Source: a virus (taxonomy: Duplodnaviria > Caudoviricetes). From it: DNA of 51,908 nucleotides. The position numbers were made by a program, and so were the translations under genes. Below the pieces are notes generated by a model that was not told the origin of the DNA, did not search any database, and saw nothing but the letters and a program-made list of their open reading frames with translations. Below, piece after piece: positions 32,350 to 41,892 of this stretch (position 1 is its first letter; every line of letters starts with the position of its first letter). The DNA lies in the IMG/VR virus record IMGVR_UViG_3300047288_000217, positions 1-51,908 of that record; one strand, written 5' to 3'.

Positions 32350-34376
32350 TGGCCGACAACGCTACCAACGCGGCACGCGCCTTCCTGGGCCAAGGCCTGG
32401 GCATGGGCTGGGGCGACGAGGCCGAGGCCTGGCTGCGCTCCAGGCTGGGCGACCAGCCCTACGAGCAAGCTCTCCAGCAGATCCGCCAGGAGTACGCTCG
32501 GTACGCCCGCGAGAACCCTGGCACGGCCATGGCCGCCGAGTTCGCTGGCGGCATGGCTCCTGCAATTGGGATGATGTTTGTCCCAGGCGCGCAGCCCGCC
32601 GCTGTTGCGCAGGCGCAACGCTCAACCGTTGGCGCTCTTGGCCGACTGGCAGCCCTTGGTGGAGCCACGGGTGCGGTGTCGGGCGCTGGGTCGGCCACAG
32701 AGGGCGATCGAGGCACAGGGGCCGTCGTTGGCGGCACGCTGGGCACGATCATCGGCGGCGGCGCACCCGTTGTGCTGCGTGGAGTTCAGAGTGCAGGTCA
32801 GGTGCTCCGCAATAAATATTTCCCCACAGAAGCAACGATTGCCTCTCGGGCTGGCGAAAGAATGACCAGTGCAATGCGCCAGTCCGACCTGACGCCACAG
32901 CAGATCGAGCAGATGATGGCCAAGGACCGCGCCCTGGGCGTGCCCAGTACCCTGGCCAACGTGGACGCCGCCATGGCCGACCTGGCCGAGGCTGTAGCCC
33001 AGCGCACCGGCAAGGGCACCCGCAAGGTCGAAAAGACCATCCGGCAACAGCAGACCGGTGCGCGTGAGCGCACCTACCAGCAGGTCCAAAAGGGCCTGCA
33101 GCCGGGCGACTACTACTCCGACGAGGCCAACCTTGTCAGCCAGCTTCGCAAGAAGGCCAACACGGTCTACGACGAGGCCTATGCCTGGGGCGATGTGGAC
33201 GATCCACGCATCGTGGAGGCGCTCAAAAACCCGCAGTTCCAGCAGTTCTTCCAGAAGGCGCGCGGCATCGCCGACACCGAGGCTATGGCCGCCAAACTGC
33301 GTGGCGAGGACCCGTCCAAGTACGCGCTTCCCGAGATTTACAAGCCGACGGGCAAGTTTACCGATTCCGGCGCCGAAATCCTGGAGCTGACCAAGCTGCC
33401 CGACGTTCGCACGCTGGACTACATCAAGCGCGGCATCGATGCCACGATCGAATCCGGGTTTGCCGGCAAAGGCCTGTCCAAGACCGAGGCCAGCGCCCTG
33501 CGCGACCTGCGTAAGGTGTTTGTGAACGCCATCGACGAGGCCACCGGCGGCGATCAGTCTGCCTACCGCAACGCCCGCAAGGCCTATGCTGGCGACATGG
33601 AGGTGATCGACGCCATGCGCGCCGGCATGACCGACTTTGGCAAGCTCGACCACGAGCAGGTGATCAAGCTGGTGTCGGAGATGGGCAACGCCGAGAAAGA
33701 GGCCTTCCGCACCGGTGTGGCCCGCAGCCTGTACGGCCAGATCATGGACACGGCGCAAAACCGCAACGCGGCCAACAACATCATCAACTCGCCCGAGACT
33801 GCTGCCAAGCTGCAGCCGCTGTTTGACGACCCGGCGCACTTCCGGCTGTTCAAGGCAGCCCTGGAGCGCGAGGCGCAGTTGTTCCAGCAGGCCAACAAAA
33901 TCCTGGCCGGCTCGCAAACAGCCAAGCGCGGTGCTTTGAAAGAGGCGCTCGAGGAAGAGCCTGGCGTTGGCCAGGCCGTGGTGCAGGGCGCCTTGGGCAA
34001 CTTCGGCGGCGCGCTGTCGGGGCTGGTCAACCGCTTTGCCAACAGCGCCACGATCACGCCGCAGGTGGCCGACAAGCTGGCCGACATGCTGATGGCCAAG
34101 AACCCGTCCGAGGTGGGCGCCGTGGTGAAGTTCCTGGAGGACTATGCCGCTGGCCAGGTGCCCAAGGCCGTCAAGGCCACAGCGGGCGAGCGCGGCGCTG
34201 TCATGGGCACCACGACCTCGATCTTCAACCCACCGGCCGTGGAAGGCGAAACAGGCGGCGGCATCGAGGCCGCAATGCCGACCGTGCCCAATGTGCCCGA
34301 AGGCGAAAGCGACCTGGAGCGGGAGTGGCGCAAGATGCAGGCGCCGCAGGAAAACCCGCCTGCCACGCTGGAATGA
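32349..34376 (+). CDS. Large internal virion/ejection protein (675 aa)
   Basis: GQGLGMGWGDEAEA, VRTLDYIKRGID, GSQTAKR; last gene before terminator. Confidence 0.7.
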   Translation: MADNATNAARAFLGQGLGMGWGDEAEAWLRSRLGDQPYEQALQQIRQEYARYARENPGTAMAAEFAGGMAPAIGMMFVPGAQPAAVAQAQRSTVGALGRLAALGGATGAVSGAGSATEGDRGTGAVVGGTLGTIIGGGAPVVLRGVQSAGQVLRNKYFPTEATIASRAGERMTSAMRQSDLTPQQIEQMMAKDRALGVPSTLANVDAAMADLAEAVAQRTGKGTRKVEKTIRQQQTGARERTYQQVQKGLQPGDYYSDEANLVSQLRKKANTVYDEAYAWGDVDDPRIVEALKNPQFQQFFQKARGIADTEAMAAKLRGEDPSKYALPEIYKPTGKFTDSGAEILELTKLPDVRTLDYIKRGIDATIESGFAGKGLSKTEASALRDLRKVFVNAIDEATGGDQSAYRNARKAYAGDMEVIDAMRAGMTDFGKLDHEQVIKLVSEMGNAEKEAFRTGVARSLYGQIMDTAQNRNAANNIINSPETAAKLQPLFDDPAHFRLFKAALEREAQLFQQANKILAGSQTAKRGALKEALEEEPGVGQAVVQGALGNFGGALSGLVNRFANSATITPQVADKLADMLMAKNPSEVGAVVKFLEDYAAGQVPKAVKATAGERGAVMGTTTSIFNPPAVEGETGGGIEAAMPTVPNVPEGESDLEREWRKMQAPQENPPATLE

Positions 34377-34396
34377 TTGTCTCCTGTTGGAAGTTT

Positions 34397-34425
34397 GCCC
34401 CGCCCTAACCCGGCGGGGTTTTTTC
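34397..34425 (+). terminator. Rho-independent terminator ending the late region
   Basis: GCCCCGCC-CTAACCC-GGCGGGGT followed by a T run, at the convergence of + and - arms. Confidence 0.85.
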
Positions 34426-34611
34426 TTCCGGGAGCACAAACCCGACAACCCGAATCTGGTCTAGGATGATGCGCAAGTGATCGGCCGCCGCACGCTGGCC
34501 TTCGCGCTCGGCCCGGTTGATCGCCGCCTCGATGACGTCCGGCGACTTCGACCAGTGCAGTCCTGGGCCGAGCAGGACGCGGATGTACGGCCAGGGCGTT
34601 TCAGTGCTCAC
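34405..34611 (-). CDS. Hypothetical protein (68 aa)
   Basis: GTG start overlapping upstream gene; STETPWPYIRVLLGPG. Confidence 0.55.
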   Translation of the reverse strand: MSTETPWPYIRVLLGPGLHWSKSPDVIEAAINRAEREGQRAAADHLRIILDQIRVVGFVLPEEKTPPG

Positions 34612-34771
34612 CGCTGGCCTGCGGCTGCGCCAGACGGGCCTGCAGCTCCTTGACCTGCTTTTCAAGGGCTTCGTTTTCGGCCGTCAGGCGCTCGTTGCGC
34701 GCCCGCAGCAGCCGGTTCTCGTAGTCCAGCTCGGCCACCAGCATGTCCAGCTTCATCTCGTCTTCGCTCAC
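34601..34771 (-). CDS. Small coiled-coil protein
   Basis: GGAGG RBS, GTG start; LDYENRLLRARNERL. Confidence 0.65.
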   Translation of the reverse strand: MSEDEMKLDMLVAELDYENRLLRARNERLTAENEALEKQVKELQARLAQPQASGEH

Positions 34772-35370
34772 ACCCCACCTCCCTTCTTCTCGCGCAGCTT
34801 GGCTTCGATGGCGCGTTGCCATTGCCAGTAGGCGGCTGGATAGATGACCAGATATTCCTCGTCAGATGTGCGAACGCGCTCTGCCTCGAATTGCTTTTCA
34901 AGCTCACGCATTTCCTCATCCGTCAGCCCAACAAATTGCCGCTGTGCTGCGTGTGCGTCTGTGCGTCGAAGGTTTGCTGCCGTCGATGCGTTGGCCAAAG
35001 GAAGGTGACACTTTCCCATGCAAGCTTGGTGATAAGCGCAAACCCTTGAGTCCGTGCATCCACGCTCTTTGGTCTTTGTCAATGCCACAGGCTCCTGCAC
35101 AGGTGCTGCGGGTGGGGTGGTGTAGAGGGGCATAACCTCTTTGATGCGGCCAATCCAATACTCGGGCGAGTTGTATGGCAGGGTGTCCAACATATCGTTG
35201 AGCAACTGCTCAACTTGTAAGAATTGCTTACCAGTTGCCACCGGCTCCTGCTTCTCTGCTTGCTCGATGGCGGTGCGTAGGGCCATAGCTAAGACATCAA
35301 CATCAGAGCCTCCATATGTGTTGGCCTCAATAAACTCCAGCGCCTGCTTCATTGTTTCGATGTGGTTCAT
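34768..35370 (-). CDS. Mosaic hypothetical protein (QEPVA / PLYTTPP / VGLTDEE modules)
   Basis: AAGGA RBS; modular phage early-protein motifs. Confidence 0.7.
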   Translation of the reverse strand: MNHIETMKQALEFIEANTYGGSDVDVLAMALRTAIEQAEKQEPVATGKQFLQVEQLLNDMLDTLPYNSPEYWIGRIKEVMPLYTTPPAAPVQEPVALTKTKERGCTDSRVCAYHQACMGKCHLPLANASTAANLRRTDAHAAQRQFVGLTDEEMRELEKQFEAERVRTSDEEYLVIYPAAYWQWQRAIEAKLREKKGGGV

Positions 35371-35380
35371 TTCAGTATCC

Positions 35381-35965
35381 TTACAAATCCATCACTTCAA
35401 CATCGTGCGGCTTTTTCTTGCCGGCCAGTATTTCGTGAATGCGCCGCTCTGTCTCGCGGTGCGCCTTGATCATCGTGCGCGCTGGCAGGGCTTCGAGCAT
35501 GTCGCTGTAATCGGCAAGGACGCCGCGCACGGCCTGGATGCCAGCGCCGTCGAGCCGGATGTTTCCGCCCGCCTTGTGGCGCTTTCCTGCCAGCGCCATG
35601 GCCGTCACCGCGTCGGACAGCAGGCCGGAGGCGTCGGTAATCTCCACCATGTCGCCGTCGCACCCATGCCAGTGGCCAGGAATCGGCACCTGGCGAGCCT
35701 CGCCCGTTTCCGGATCGACTTTGATTTCGAAGAAGCTGCCGCTTGTGACCAGCGTCTCCATGATGTTGACCGCGTCGCTCACCACGCGCCAGTCGTCCGT
35801 GCTGGGCTCTGGGGCCTTCTCCATGGCGTCCAGGCCCTGGTGCATGCGCATGAGCTGGTGAGTCCGGTGCGATTCTGGCAGCGGCTGCGTGGGGCTGGCC
35901 ATCATCACATCGATTAGGCTGTAACGGTACACATACACTGTTTTTGGCTTTTTGTGCTTTTTCAT
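35381..35965 (-). CDS. Hypothetical phage protein (194 aa)
   Basis: DWRVVSDAVNIMETL..IRLDGAGIQAVR; coupled genes. Confidence 0.75.
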   Translation of the reverse strand: MKKHKKPKTVYVYRYSLIDVMMASPTQPLPESHRTHQLMRMHQGLDAMEKAPEPSTDDWRVVSDAVNIMETLVTSGSFFEIKVDPETGEARQVPIPGHWHGCDGDMVEITDASGLLSDAVTAMALAGKRHKAGGNIRLDGAGIQAVRGVLADYSDMLEALPARTMIKAHRETERRIHEILAGKKKPHDVEVMDL

Positions 35966-36201
35966 ATTCCGGCAAGTTTTTGTGCGGCTCGATGCAGCCG
36001 CGCGTTGAACCAGCGCCTGATCGCGTAACTGCGCACCAGGCTGATGATGGTGAACCAGGCGCCGATCGCCAGGTTGTCGGACAGTGGCAGCTGAATGCCA
36101 AACATCGGGAAAATGACCAACTGGCTGGCCAGCGCCACACCGTAGCCGATCACCACGTTGAACACGGACTCAATCAGCGAGGCGGTGCGGGACTGGTTCA
36201 C
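35962..36201 (-). CDS. Small two-TM membrane protein
   Basis: QSRTASLIESVFNVVIGY..SLVRSYAIRRWF; GTG start overlapping upstream stop. Confidence 0.75.
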   Translation of the reverse strand: MNQSRTASLIESVFNVVIGYGVALASQLVIFPMFGIQLPLSDNLAIGAWFTIISLVRSYAIRRWFNARLHRAAQKLAGI

Positions 36202-36395
36202 GCCACCACCCACACGGCCTTGCCGCCCGTGGCCTCGATCTGTTCCGTCTTGAGCCGGATGTACTGTTGGCCAGGTACGCCGGCCGACTGCACGTAGCCC
36301 TGAATGCCCCAGGGCTTGAGCTCGGTGACCACAACCATGCAGCCCCCAAAAACCTCAACCTCTGGGTTGACTTGAACGATATCGCCGACGTTCAT
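36198..36395 (-). CDS. Small beta-barrel (SH3-like) hypothetical protein
   Basis: MNVGDIVQVNP..GCMVVVTELKPWGIQGYV. Confidence 0.7.
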   Translation of the reverse strand: MNVGDIVQVNPEVEVFGGCMVVVTELKPWGIQGYVQSAGVPGQQYIRLKTEQIEATGGKAVWVVA

Positions 36396-36601
36396 TTTTC
36401 GTCCCCAGACTTGGCGTCCTCGAACATCCAATCCTCAACGTCCTGGAGGCGGTAGCGAACATGGCCGCGCGGCGTGCCGCCGAGCTTGATGAACTTGGGA
36501 CCCTTGTTGGCCAGGCGCCAGTTTTCCAGCGTGCCGACCGAAATCTTGATCAACTGGGAGACCTCCTGTGGCGTCAGCATCTGGTTTTCAAACTTCTCCA
36601 T
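36392..36601 (-). CDS. Excisionase/AlpA-like helix-turn-helix protein
   Basis: LTPQEVSQLIKISVGTLENWR..GPKFIKLG..VRYRLQDVEDWM. Confidence 0.88.
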   Translation of the reverse strand: MEKFENQMLTPQEVSQLIKISVGTLENWRLANKGPKFIKLGGTPRGHVRYRLQDVEDWMFEDAKSGDEK

Positions 36602-36645
36602 GCGGGTACTCCTTGCGGACCGCCCGAAGGCGGCCCTTGTTCACG

Positions 36646-36846
36646 TTATTCAGCGGCTGCTGGGGCAGTCTCTGCGGCGGGGTTAACCACAGGGATGTTT
36701 TGCGCCTCAGCTTGCGCTTTGGCCTGGCTCTCCAGGTTGTTCAAGAGCACCCAGGCGTTGGTCTTGGTGGGCAGGTCACCAAGAATGGCGTGCAGGAAGT
36801 TGAACTCGCTGACGGACAGCTTGATGGTGATGGTTTGTTCGTTCAT
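36646..36846 (-). CDS. Hypothetical protein (66 aa)
   Basis: ITIKLSVSEFNFLHAILGDLP; co-oriented in operon. Confidence 0.6.
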   Translation of the reverse strand: MNEQTITIKLSVSEFNFLHAILGDLPTKTNAWVLLNNLESQAKAQAEAQNIPVVNPAAETAPAAAE

Positions 36847-36853
36847 GGGTTTC

Positions 36854-37669
36854 TCACTTAGGTTGGTATGTGCCCAAAAGCACAGCGGTGGTTTTCACAG
36901 TTGAGCGGACCAGCTCGGCCAGCTCGTTTGCCATTTCCTCTTCGTGCTGCTCCAGATTCTGGACACGCAGAGTGATGGTGGGTTTGTCGCCGCTTGTGCG
37001 CACGCCAAGGCGAAGCACAAACAAGCGCGATGCCAGGCCGTGGTAAGGCACGGTTTCGAAGTAAACCAAGGTGGGCAGCGGCTCGGTGCTGGTCGCTTGG
37101 ACGCTTTCAAAAGCGCTGCGGCTGGCGGCGTGCTGCTTCTCGGTGTTCTCCATCTTGCGCATGGCCTCAATGCTCACCTTGCGAACAGCGGCGATGGCTT
37201 TGGCTGGCGAGATGGTGCCCTCGTCGTTGAAGCAGGACACCATGCTGGGCCAGTCCTCCAAGAACTCGGCTATCGTTTGCTGGCTGTGAGCTTGGCCCCC
37301 GGACACCGTGAGCATGGCCTGAAATGCGGCTGTGCGGCGAGCCTCAAGCACGGCCAGGTTGTCGGCCTGGCCCGGCTCTTCGGGTACCCCAAGGTTCAGG
37401 ACCGCTGTGGCCGACATGGCGGATGCGTTGACAAACACCGTGGCTCCAATCTCGGCGTGTGCTTCCACGTAGGTGGCAAAGTCTGGTAGCGCGTTGGTCT
37501 TCATCACGCCGATGGCGCGGCGGCGATTGGTCTGGTGTTTCTCCAGATCATGCAGCCGGAAACCCTCGGGCAGCACGGCCACAAAAGATGCGCCGACATT
37601 GTTGTTTGCGGCGGTGATGGCCTCTGACATTTGCAGGGCCTCGATGGCGTCTTTGTCGATCATGGCCAC
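36854..37669 (-). CDS. DUF2303 (YfdQ-like) protein
   Basis: LPEGFRLHDLEK..AVLNLG..EFLEDW..AAVRKVSIE..F...PYHGL. Confidence 0.85.
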   Translation of the reverse strand: MAMIDKDAIEALQMSEAITAANNNVGASFVAVLPEGFRLHDLEKHQTNRRRAIGVMKTNALPDFATYVEAHAEIGATVFVNASAMSATAVLNLGVPEEPGQADNLAVLEARRTAAFQAMLTVSGGQAHSQQTIAEFLEDWPSMVSCFNDEGTISPAKAIAAVRKVSIEAMRKMENTEKQHAASRSAFESVQATSTEPLPTLVYFETVPYHGLASRLFVLRLGVRTSGDKPTITLRVQNLEQHEEEMANELAELVRSTVKTTAVLLGTYQPK

Positions 37670-37672
37670 CCC

Positions 37673-38029
37673 TTAGACCAGCTCGCCCTGCTTGCCCATC
37701 AGCGAAGGCTGAGCGAGCGAGAGAGCGCCGTACTTGCCAACGTGCAGCACGGTGGCGCGTTTTTCTTCCTCGCCAGACTTGCCGTCCAGCGTGGGCTTGA
37801 CGAATTTCAGCGTGTGCTCGCAGCGCACCTGGCCGGTACCAGGAATCTGCGAAAAAGACAGCTTGATGTTGACCTCGCCGACCTTGTCGTGGTCGGTGCA
37901 GGCAGCGGCCACTTGGGACAGGGCGATCGAGAGCTTGCGCTCAAAGATGCCGCCGTCCAGGTCGGTGAAGAACTCGGAAACGTCGGTCGCGGCTGCGACG
38001 CTGATGGGGGATGGTTTTTGCTCGCTCAT
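37673..38029 (-). CDS. YfdP-like protein paired with DUF2303
   Basis: TDVSEFFTDLDGGIFERKLS..HTLKFVKPT..G..EE..LHVGKYGALS. Confidence 0.75.
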   Translation of the reverse strand: MSEQKPSPISVAAATDVSEFFTDLDGGIFERKLSIALSQVAAACTDHDKVGEVNIKLSFSQIPGTGQVRCEHTLKFVKPTLDGKSGEEEKRATVLHVGKYGALSLAQPSLMGKQGELV

Positions 38030-38047
38030 GGTGTGCTCCTGGTTGGG

Positions 38048-38254
38048 TTAAACGGCGTCTGCGTTGTCGTTGTTGGCCACGCGCTCGACCGGAATACCGG
38101 CCGTCACGTAGTCTGCAACATCTGCGGTGCTTGCGCGATCAATTTCAAAGCGGTCCTTGACCAGGTGGCGCAGCACCTGGGCCAGGCTGCCTGCGCGGAC
38201 CAGACGAATGTCGTCCTTGCCTTGCTCGCGAATCACGTAAATGCGGTATTCCAT
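38048..38254 (-). CDS. Hypothetical protein (68 aa)
   Basis: RIYVI..RLVRAGSLAQVLRH; AGGAG RBS. Confidence 0.7.
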   Translation of the reverse strand: MEYRIYVIREQGKDDIRLVRAGSLAQVLRHLVKDRFEIDRASTADVADYVTAGIPVERVANNDNADAV

Positions 38255-38275
38255 GGGGTTCTCCTGTTGGCGGGC

Positions 38276-38560
38276 TTATTGTTTGGCCGGGAAAAGTTGT
38301 GCCAGCACGGATTCGTACTGCGTCTTGCGGCGCTCAAGCAGAGCGACCTTGTCGAGCTTGTCCAGCAGGCTTGGGAAGTTGATGTCCTCCTTGGCGCACT
38401 GCTCTTGAATGTCGGCTTCCAAACGAATCAACTCGTCGTCCAGCTTGGCCATCTCCAGCTCGGCTTGGCTGCGAACCTTGCGTGCGCGGATGGGTGCCAG
38501 TGCTTCTGACAGCTTCTCCTTGGACATGGCGATGATTTCTGCAAATGGTTTGAGTTTCAT
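38276..38560 (-). CDS. Hypothetical coiled-coil protein
   Basis: GGAG RBS; helical 94 aa. Confidence 0.7.
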   Translation of the reverse strand: MKLKPFAEIIAMSKEKLSEALAPIRARKVRSQAELEMAKLDDELIRLEADIQEQCAKEDINFPSLLDKLDKVALLERRKTQYESVLAQLFPAKQ

Positions 38561-38826
38561 GGGGCTTCTCCAGTCAGTAAAAGTTTGTTGTCTGCCTTCT
38601 TGAGAAAGGCAAGGGGGTCTTTGGGGTCCACGACAGCTACTTGTCGTTGTTGCTCGGCGTGATGCCCACCAGCAATTGCGCCGCCGTATGGGTTGTAGAC
38701 CATCTGCTGCTGCGCATGCATCATGCGTTGCTGTTCGTAACGCAAGTGCTCCATGTGCCGGTCATACTGTGCTTTGCTGTCAAACATCATGTCTTTGCTG
38801 TGATCGTAGAACGTACCAATTGCCAT
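38557..38826 (-). CDS. Hypothetical protein (89 aa)
   Basis: AAGGA RBS before ATG 38826; stop overlaps next start. Confidence 0.6.
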   Translation of the reverse strand: MAIGTFYDHSKDMMFDSKAQYDRHMEHLRYEQQRMMHAQQQMVYNPYGGAIAGGHHAEQQRQVAVVDPKDPLAFLKKADNKLLLTGEAP

Positions 38827-38913
38827 GGTTATTCCTTGTGAGGTGGGCCTACTTGCCACCCCGTCAGCGGCAACAACTCCGCCCGTGCCGGGGTTTGGCT
38901 TTCGGCCCAAAAA

Positions 38914-39768
38914 TCAGATCGGGCTGTCGGCTTCGTTTTCGCCAGCGTAGGTGGCGTCCTGGACGTCGGTGTGCGGCACGTCGATCACGCCGTCGGCGTC
39001 AGGCTGCTGGGGCTCTTCCTGCGCCTGCTCAGCGACTTTATTGAGGCGGCTGGGGCGTCGGGCTGCGGACGGCTTTTCCTCGGCTTGTGCGGCCTCTGGT
39101 GCGGCCTGTGCGGGCTCTGGCATGAACAGCTCGTCGTCCTCTTTGAGCACGCCGTCAATGTCGGTGCTCAAAGGCAGGCGCTTGCTGTGGCGGCGAATGA
39201 CGGTCTTCTTGGCCATCTCGGCAAAGTCTGACACCCAGGGGCCAGAGCTGCCGGAGCGGCTGCGGGCCTTGATCGCCAGCACGTCCTCGACGCTCATCAC
39301 TTCGCGGGATTTCTCGCCGTCCTTCATGGTGACGATCGAGTAAACCGCGATCAGCTTGCCACGGTTGGCCAGGTTGGGCTTGTGCGTGATGTGCTCTTCG
39401 TCGCCCAGGCAGAAATCGAAGGTGTCGTTTTCGTAGACCGCCTGGACCGACCAGGTGCTGATTTCGCCCGAGTTGCGCACCAGCTTCATGATGCCCGCGA
39501 CCATCGGCATCCACTGCGCCTGGTTTTTGAACGTGACGATTGCGCCTTCGCGGCCGTCTGGCAGCAGGCCCATCTGCGCGGCCTTGGTGGCTGCGGCAAA
39601 CAGCGTGCGGCGGTCAGCCTCCAACAACGCTGGGTTGGTCTGCACAGCGGTCAGCGTGACGCGCACAAAACGGTCGACGCTGACGTGGGCTGGCAGGGCG
39701 GCTTTGAACTGAGGGGCCATCTTTTCGATTGCGCCTCGCACCTCTTGAACTGCGGGGAGATTACTCAT
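38914..39768 (-). CDS. recT: RecT-family single-strand annealing recombinase
   Basis: AAQMGLLPDGREG..GIMKLVRNSG..AVYENDTF..GPWVSDFAEMAKKTVIRRHSKRLPLS. Confidence 0.93.
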   Translation of the reverse strand: MSNLPAVQEVRGAIEKMAPQFKAALPAHVSVDRFVRVTLTAVQTNPALLEADRRTLFAAATKAAQMGLLPDGREGAIVTFKNQAQWMPMVAGIMKLVRNSGEISTWSVQAVYENDTFDFCLGDEEHITHKPNLANRGKLIAVYSIVTMKDGEKSREVMSVEDVLAIKARSRSGSSGPWVSDFAEMAKKTVIRRHSKRLPLSTDIDGVLKEDDELFMPEPAQAAPEAAQAEEKPSAARRPSRLNKVAEQAQEEPQQPDADGVIDVPHTDVQDATYAGENEADSPI

Positions 39769-39846
39769 CTGGATTACTCCTGAAAACGCCGGTGGCCGAC
39801 CGGCTGCGGGGTGGATTCCTGTTTGGAATTTGCAAACAGTGTACCA

Positions 39847-40803
39847 TCATTTCGTGGGCTTGCGTGGGTATAAACGAAGATTTCTGAACCCTGCGCGGCC
39901 ACCGTAGGACTTGCCCACCATGTCGGCGGTGATCAGCGTTGGCGGTGTGTCTGCCTGCATCGCGCAGCTCACGCTCCAGGCGCTGGTCAGGACCTTCTCG
40001 GCGTCGCCGATGTGCTTGAAGATTTTGGCCTTGGCCACGTCCTTGTCCTCCTTGGCGTTAGCCTCTGTCGTGGCGGCTGTTTTGTATTCCAGCAGCAGCT
40101 TGGCCAGCGTTTCGTCGCCGTCGGCGCTGAGCACCTTGCCAGGCTTGGCGTACTGGTTGAGCCGGATGATCACCTCGGCGTCGCCTGGCATCACCGGGTC
40201 CGGCTCCATGCCTTCGTCGACCGTTTTCCAGAAGGCCGCCACCTTGGCTTTGATCGCCTTGATGACGTCCTCATCGCGCAGGCGCTCGATCACCACGCCC
40301 CTGTTGCCGCCGATGAACGCGCCGATGAACGCTCGCTCAAAGCCTGAGACGGCCATCTGGTGCTGCACCTGCATTTCGATGTGCTCGGGCGCCTCGATGC
40401 TGCCGTCCTCGTGCTCAAGCCATCCGTCGCGGAAGGCCAGGTAGTCGACGTTCTTGATCTCCAGGTGAACCGGGCCTCCCGGCAGGTTGGTGATCACGAA
40501 GTCAAACGAGCTGCCCATGCGCAGGTCTGGGTCGCGGAAGTACTCCTTCATGGGCCGGATTTCCCAGCCCTGCTCCTCGGCGATGCCGTGCGCGATCGCG
40601 GCCTCCAGGCGGTTGCCCCACTTCATGCGGTCGTTGGTCTGGAACTCGGGCACGATGCCCGTGCGCTTGCGGTGCCAGAGGTCGAAGTGCGTGACGTAGG
40701 GGCTCATACCAAAAAGCGCCGCAGACTCGGTGCTGGTGACGTCTTGCTTGCGCATGGCAAGCCAGTGTTCTTGGTCGCTTGGGACGATGATTTCAGTTGC
40801 CAT
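39847..40803 (-). CDS. YqaJ-like viral recombinase exonuclease
   Basis: WLAMRKQDVTSTESAALFGMSPY..WGNRLE..SSFD..LEIKNV..QVQHQMAV; ATG 40803; adjacent to recT. Confidence 0.92.
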   Translation of the reverse strand: MATEIIVPSDQEHWLAMRKQDVTSTESAALFGMSPYVTHFDLWHRKRTGIVPEFQTNDRMKWGNRLEAAIAHGIAEEQGWEIRPMKEYFRDPDLRMGSSFDFVITNLPGGPVHLEIKNVDYLAFRDGWLEHEDGSIEAPEHIEMQVQHQMAVSGFERAFIGAFIGGNRGVVIERLRDEDVIKAIKAKVAAFWKTVDEGMEPDPVMPGDAEVIIRLNQYAKPGKVLSADGDETLAKLLLEYKTAATTEANAKEDKDVAKAKIFKHIGDAEKVLTSAWSVSCAMQADTPPTLITADMVGKSYGGRAGFRNLRLYPRKPTK

Positions 40804-41014
40804 GATCGAGCTCCAAAGGTCCGAAAAGCGCGCGCCCTGCAGCCTCGGGGAACCGGGCGCCACGTGAGGCCACCAGGTTGGCGTCGATCACCTCGTTGAA
40901 GCCGTCGCATGGCGATATCCAGTAGCCGCGCTCGCCGTCGTCCTGCGTGGCCTCAACGATGCCCACCAGGCCTCGTCCGCTGGTGAACCAGGTTACTTTG
41001 TGAATGGTGGTCAT
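40793..41014 (-). CDS. Hypothetical protein (73 aa)
   Basis: WFTSGRGLVGIV..GARFP; coupled. Confidence 0.7.
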   Translation of the reverse strand: MTTIHKVTWFTSGRGLVGIVEATQDDGERGYWISPCDGFNEVIDANLVASRGARFPEAAGRALFGPLELDHGN

Positions 41015-41346
41015 GCGGCGCTCCCGGTGGCTTTGTTGATCTGTTCGATCGTGAATTCGCCGTTTGAGAGCGTTGCGTTTTTGAGGTCGTTTGGCTTGCC
41101 GGTGGCCTTTGCGATTGCAGCTCGGGCTTTATTGTTTTCGCGCGGGTTTTTCGGGAACAGCAGCAACCCGTACAACGCCTCCAGCAGATCAGGCGCGGCG
41201 GCGATCAAGTCGGCATTTGCCTCATCTTCATCATTGCTGGTCAAAAAAACGGAAGCGATGTCCTTTTCGCCTCCGCAGAAATCTTCGGATCTGGCAACAA
41301 TATCGCCGTTTCCAAGATTTATCCATGGTCCTTTGGTGTGTTTCAT
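41011..41346 (-). CDS. Hypothetical phage protein (HTKGPW..ANADLIAAAPDLLEAL family)
   Basis: Widespread phage early-protein motif; GAAAGGAG RBS. Confidence 0.8.
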   Translation of the reverse strand: MKHTKGPWINLGNGDIVARSEDFCGGEKDIASVFLTSNDEDEANADLIAAAPDLLEALYGLLLFPKNPRENNKARAAIAKATGKPNDLKNATLSNGEFTIEQINKATGSAA

Positions 41347-41396
41347 AGGTCGCTCCTTTCAGCTTCCGTTACGGTTTAAAAATCGTGGCTTAAAAA

Positions 41397-41546
41397 TCAC
41401 AAGACGATGTTTGCTCTCCAGGAAAAAACATCAAGTCCAACAACGATAAGTCCAAGCAAAAATACAACACATTCCGCGATAAAAATGCCGCGCTCAGATT
41501 GTGTGGGGATGGGTTTGGCGGGGCCGGTGTACGGAATGAATGTCAT
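41397..41546 (-). CDS. Small membrane protein
   Basis: CAGGAG RBS; hydrophobic CVVFLLGLIVVGLDVFSWR. Confidence 0.6.
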   Translation of the reverse strand: MTFIPYTGPAKPIPTQSERGIFIAECVVFLLGLIVVGLDVFSWRANIVL

Positions 41547-41761
41547 GTGCAGCTCCTGATTGTCAGAAGCAGCAGCATGACAACAACAAATCCACCCAAA
41601 ATCCACGCCAGGAACTTGCCAGTGTCATCTGGCTGGCAAGGGCATTTTTTCCCGCTGGCGTTATAACCAAGTCCGTGGCACCACGGGCATTTGGCCTGTT
41701 CTTTGCGCACCGGGCAGTCGCGGCCCTGATTGCAGTTGCCGTATTCGTCGCAGCAGTTCAT
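41543..41761 (-). CDS. Cys-rich small protein with C-terminal TM helix
   Basis: MNCCDEYGNCNQGRDCPVR..CPWCHGLG..; AAGGAGG RBS. Confidence 0.65.
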   Translation of the reverse strand: MNCCDEYGNCNQGRDCPVRKEQAKCPWCHGLGYNASGKKCPCQPDDTGKFLAWILGGFVVVMLLLLTIRSCT

Positions 41762-41892
41762 GCGGCCTCCTTCACGGAGCGGCGGCCGTTTAAAAATCGT
41801 AGCCAACACTCAGCGCATAGCCAGCGCTTGGCGGTCAGGAAAATGCCGCCTTCTGGCAGGCGGTCGCGTTTGCATTCGGAGCAGTGTTTCAT
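41758..41892 (-). CDS. 44-aa zinc-finger-like peptide (not in ORF track)
   Basis: MKHCSECKRDRLPEGG..WLCAECW; ATGA overlaps at both ends. Confidence 0.6.
   Translation of the reverse strand: MKHCSECKRDRLPEGGIFLTAKRWLCAECWLRFLNGRRSVKEAA

Noticed and set aside
225-34448. Very long minus-strand ORFs (e.g. 225-2042, 4806-7508, 16439-18217, 25344-27194, 28705-30468, 32622-34448)
   Set aside because: Antisense shadows of high-GC3 genes; no recognisable motifs and fully overlapped by well-supported + strand genes
36392-36601. Integration module/att site next to the Xis-like gene
   Set aside because: No integrase or host junction in the window; lifestyle cannot be determined
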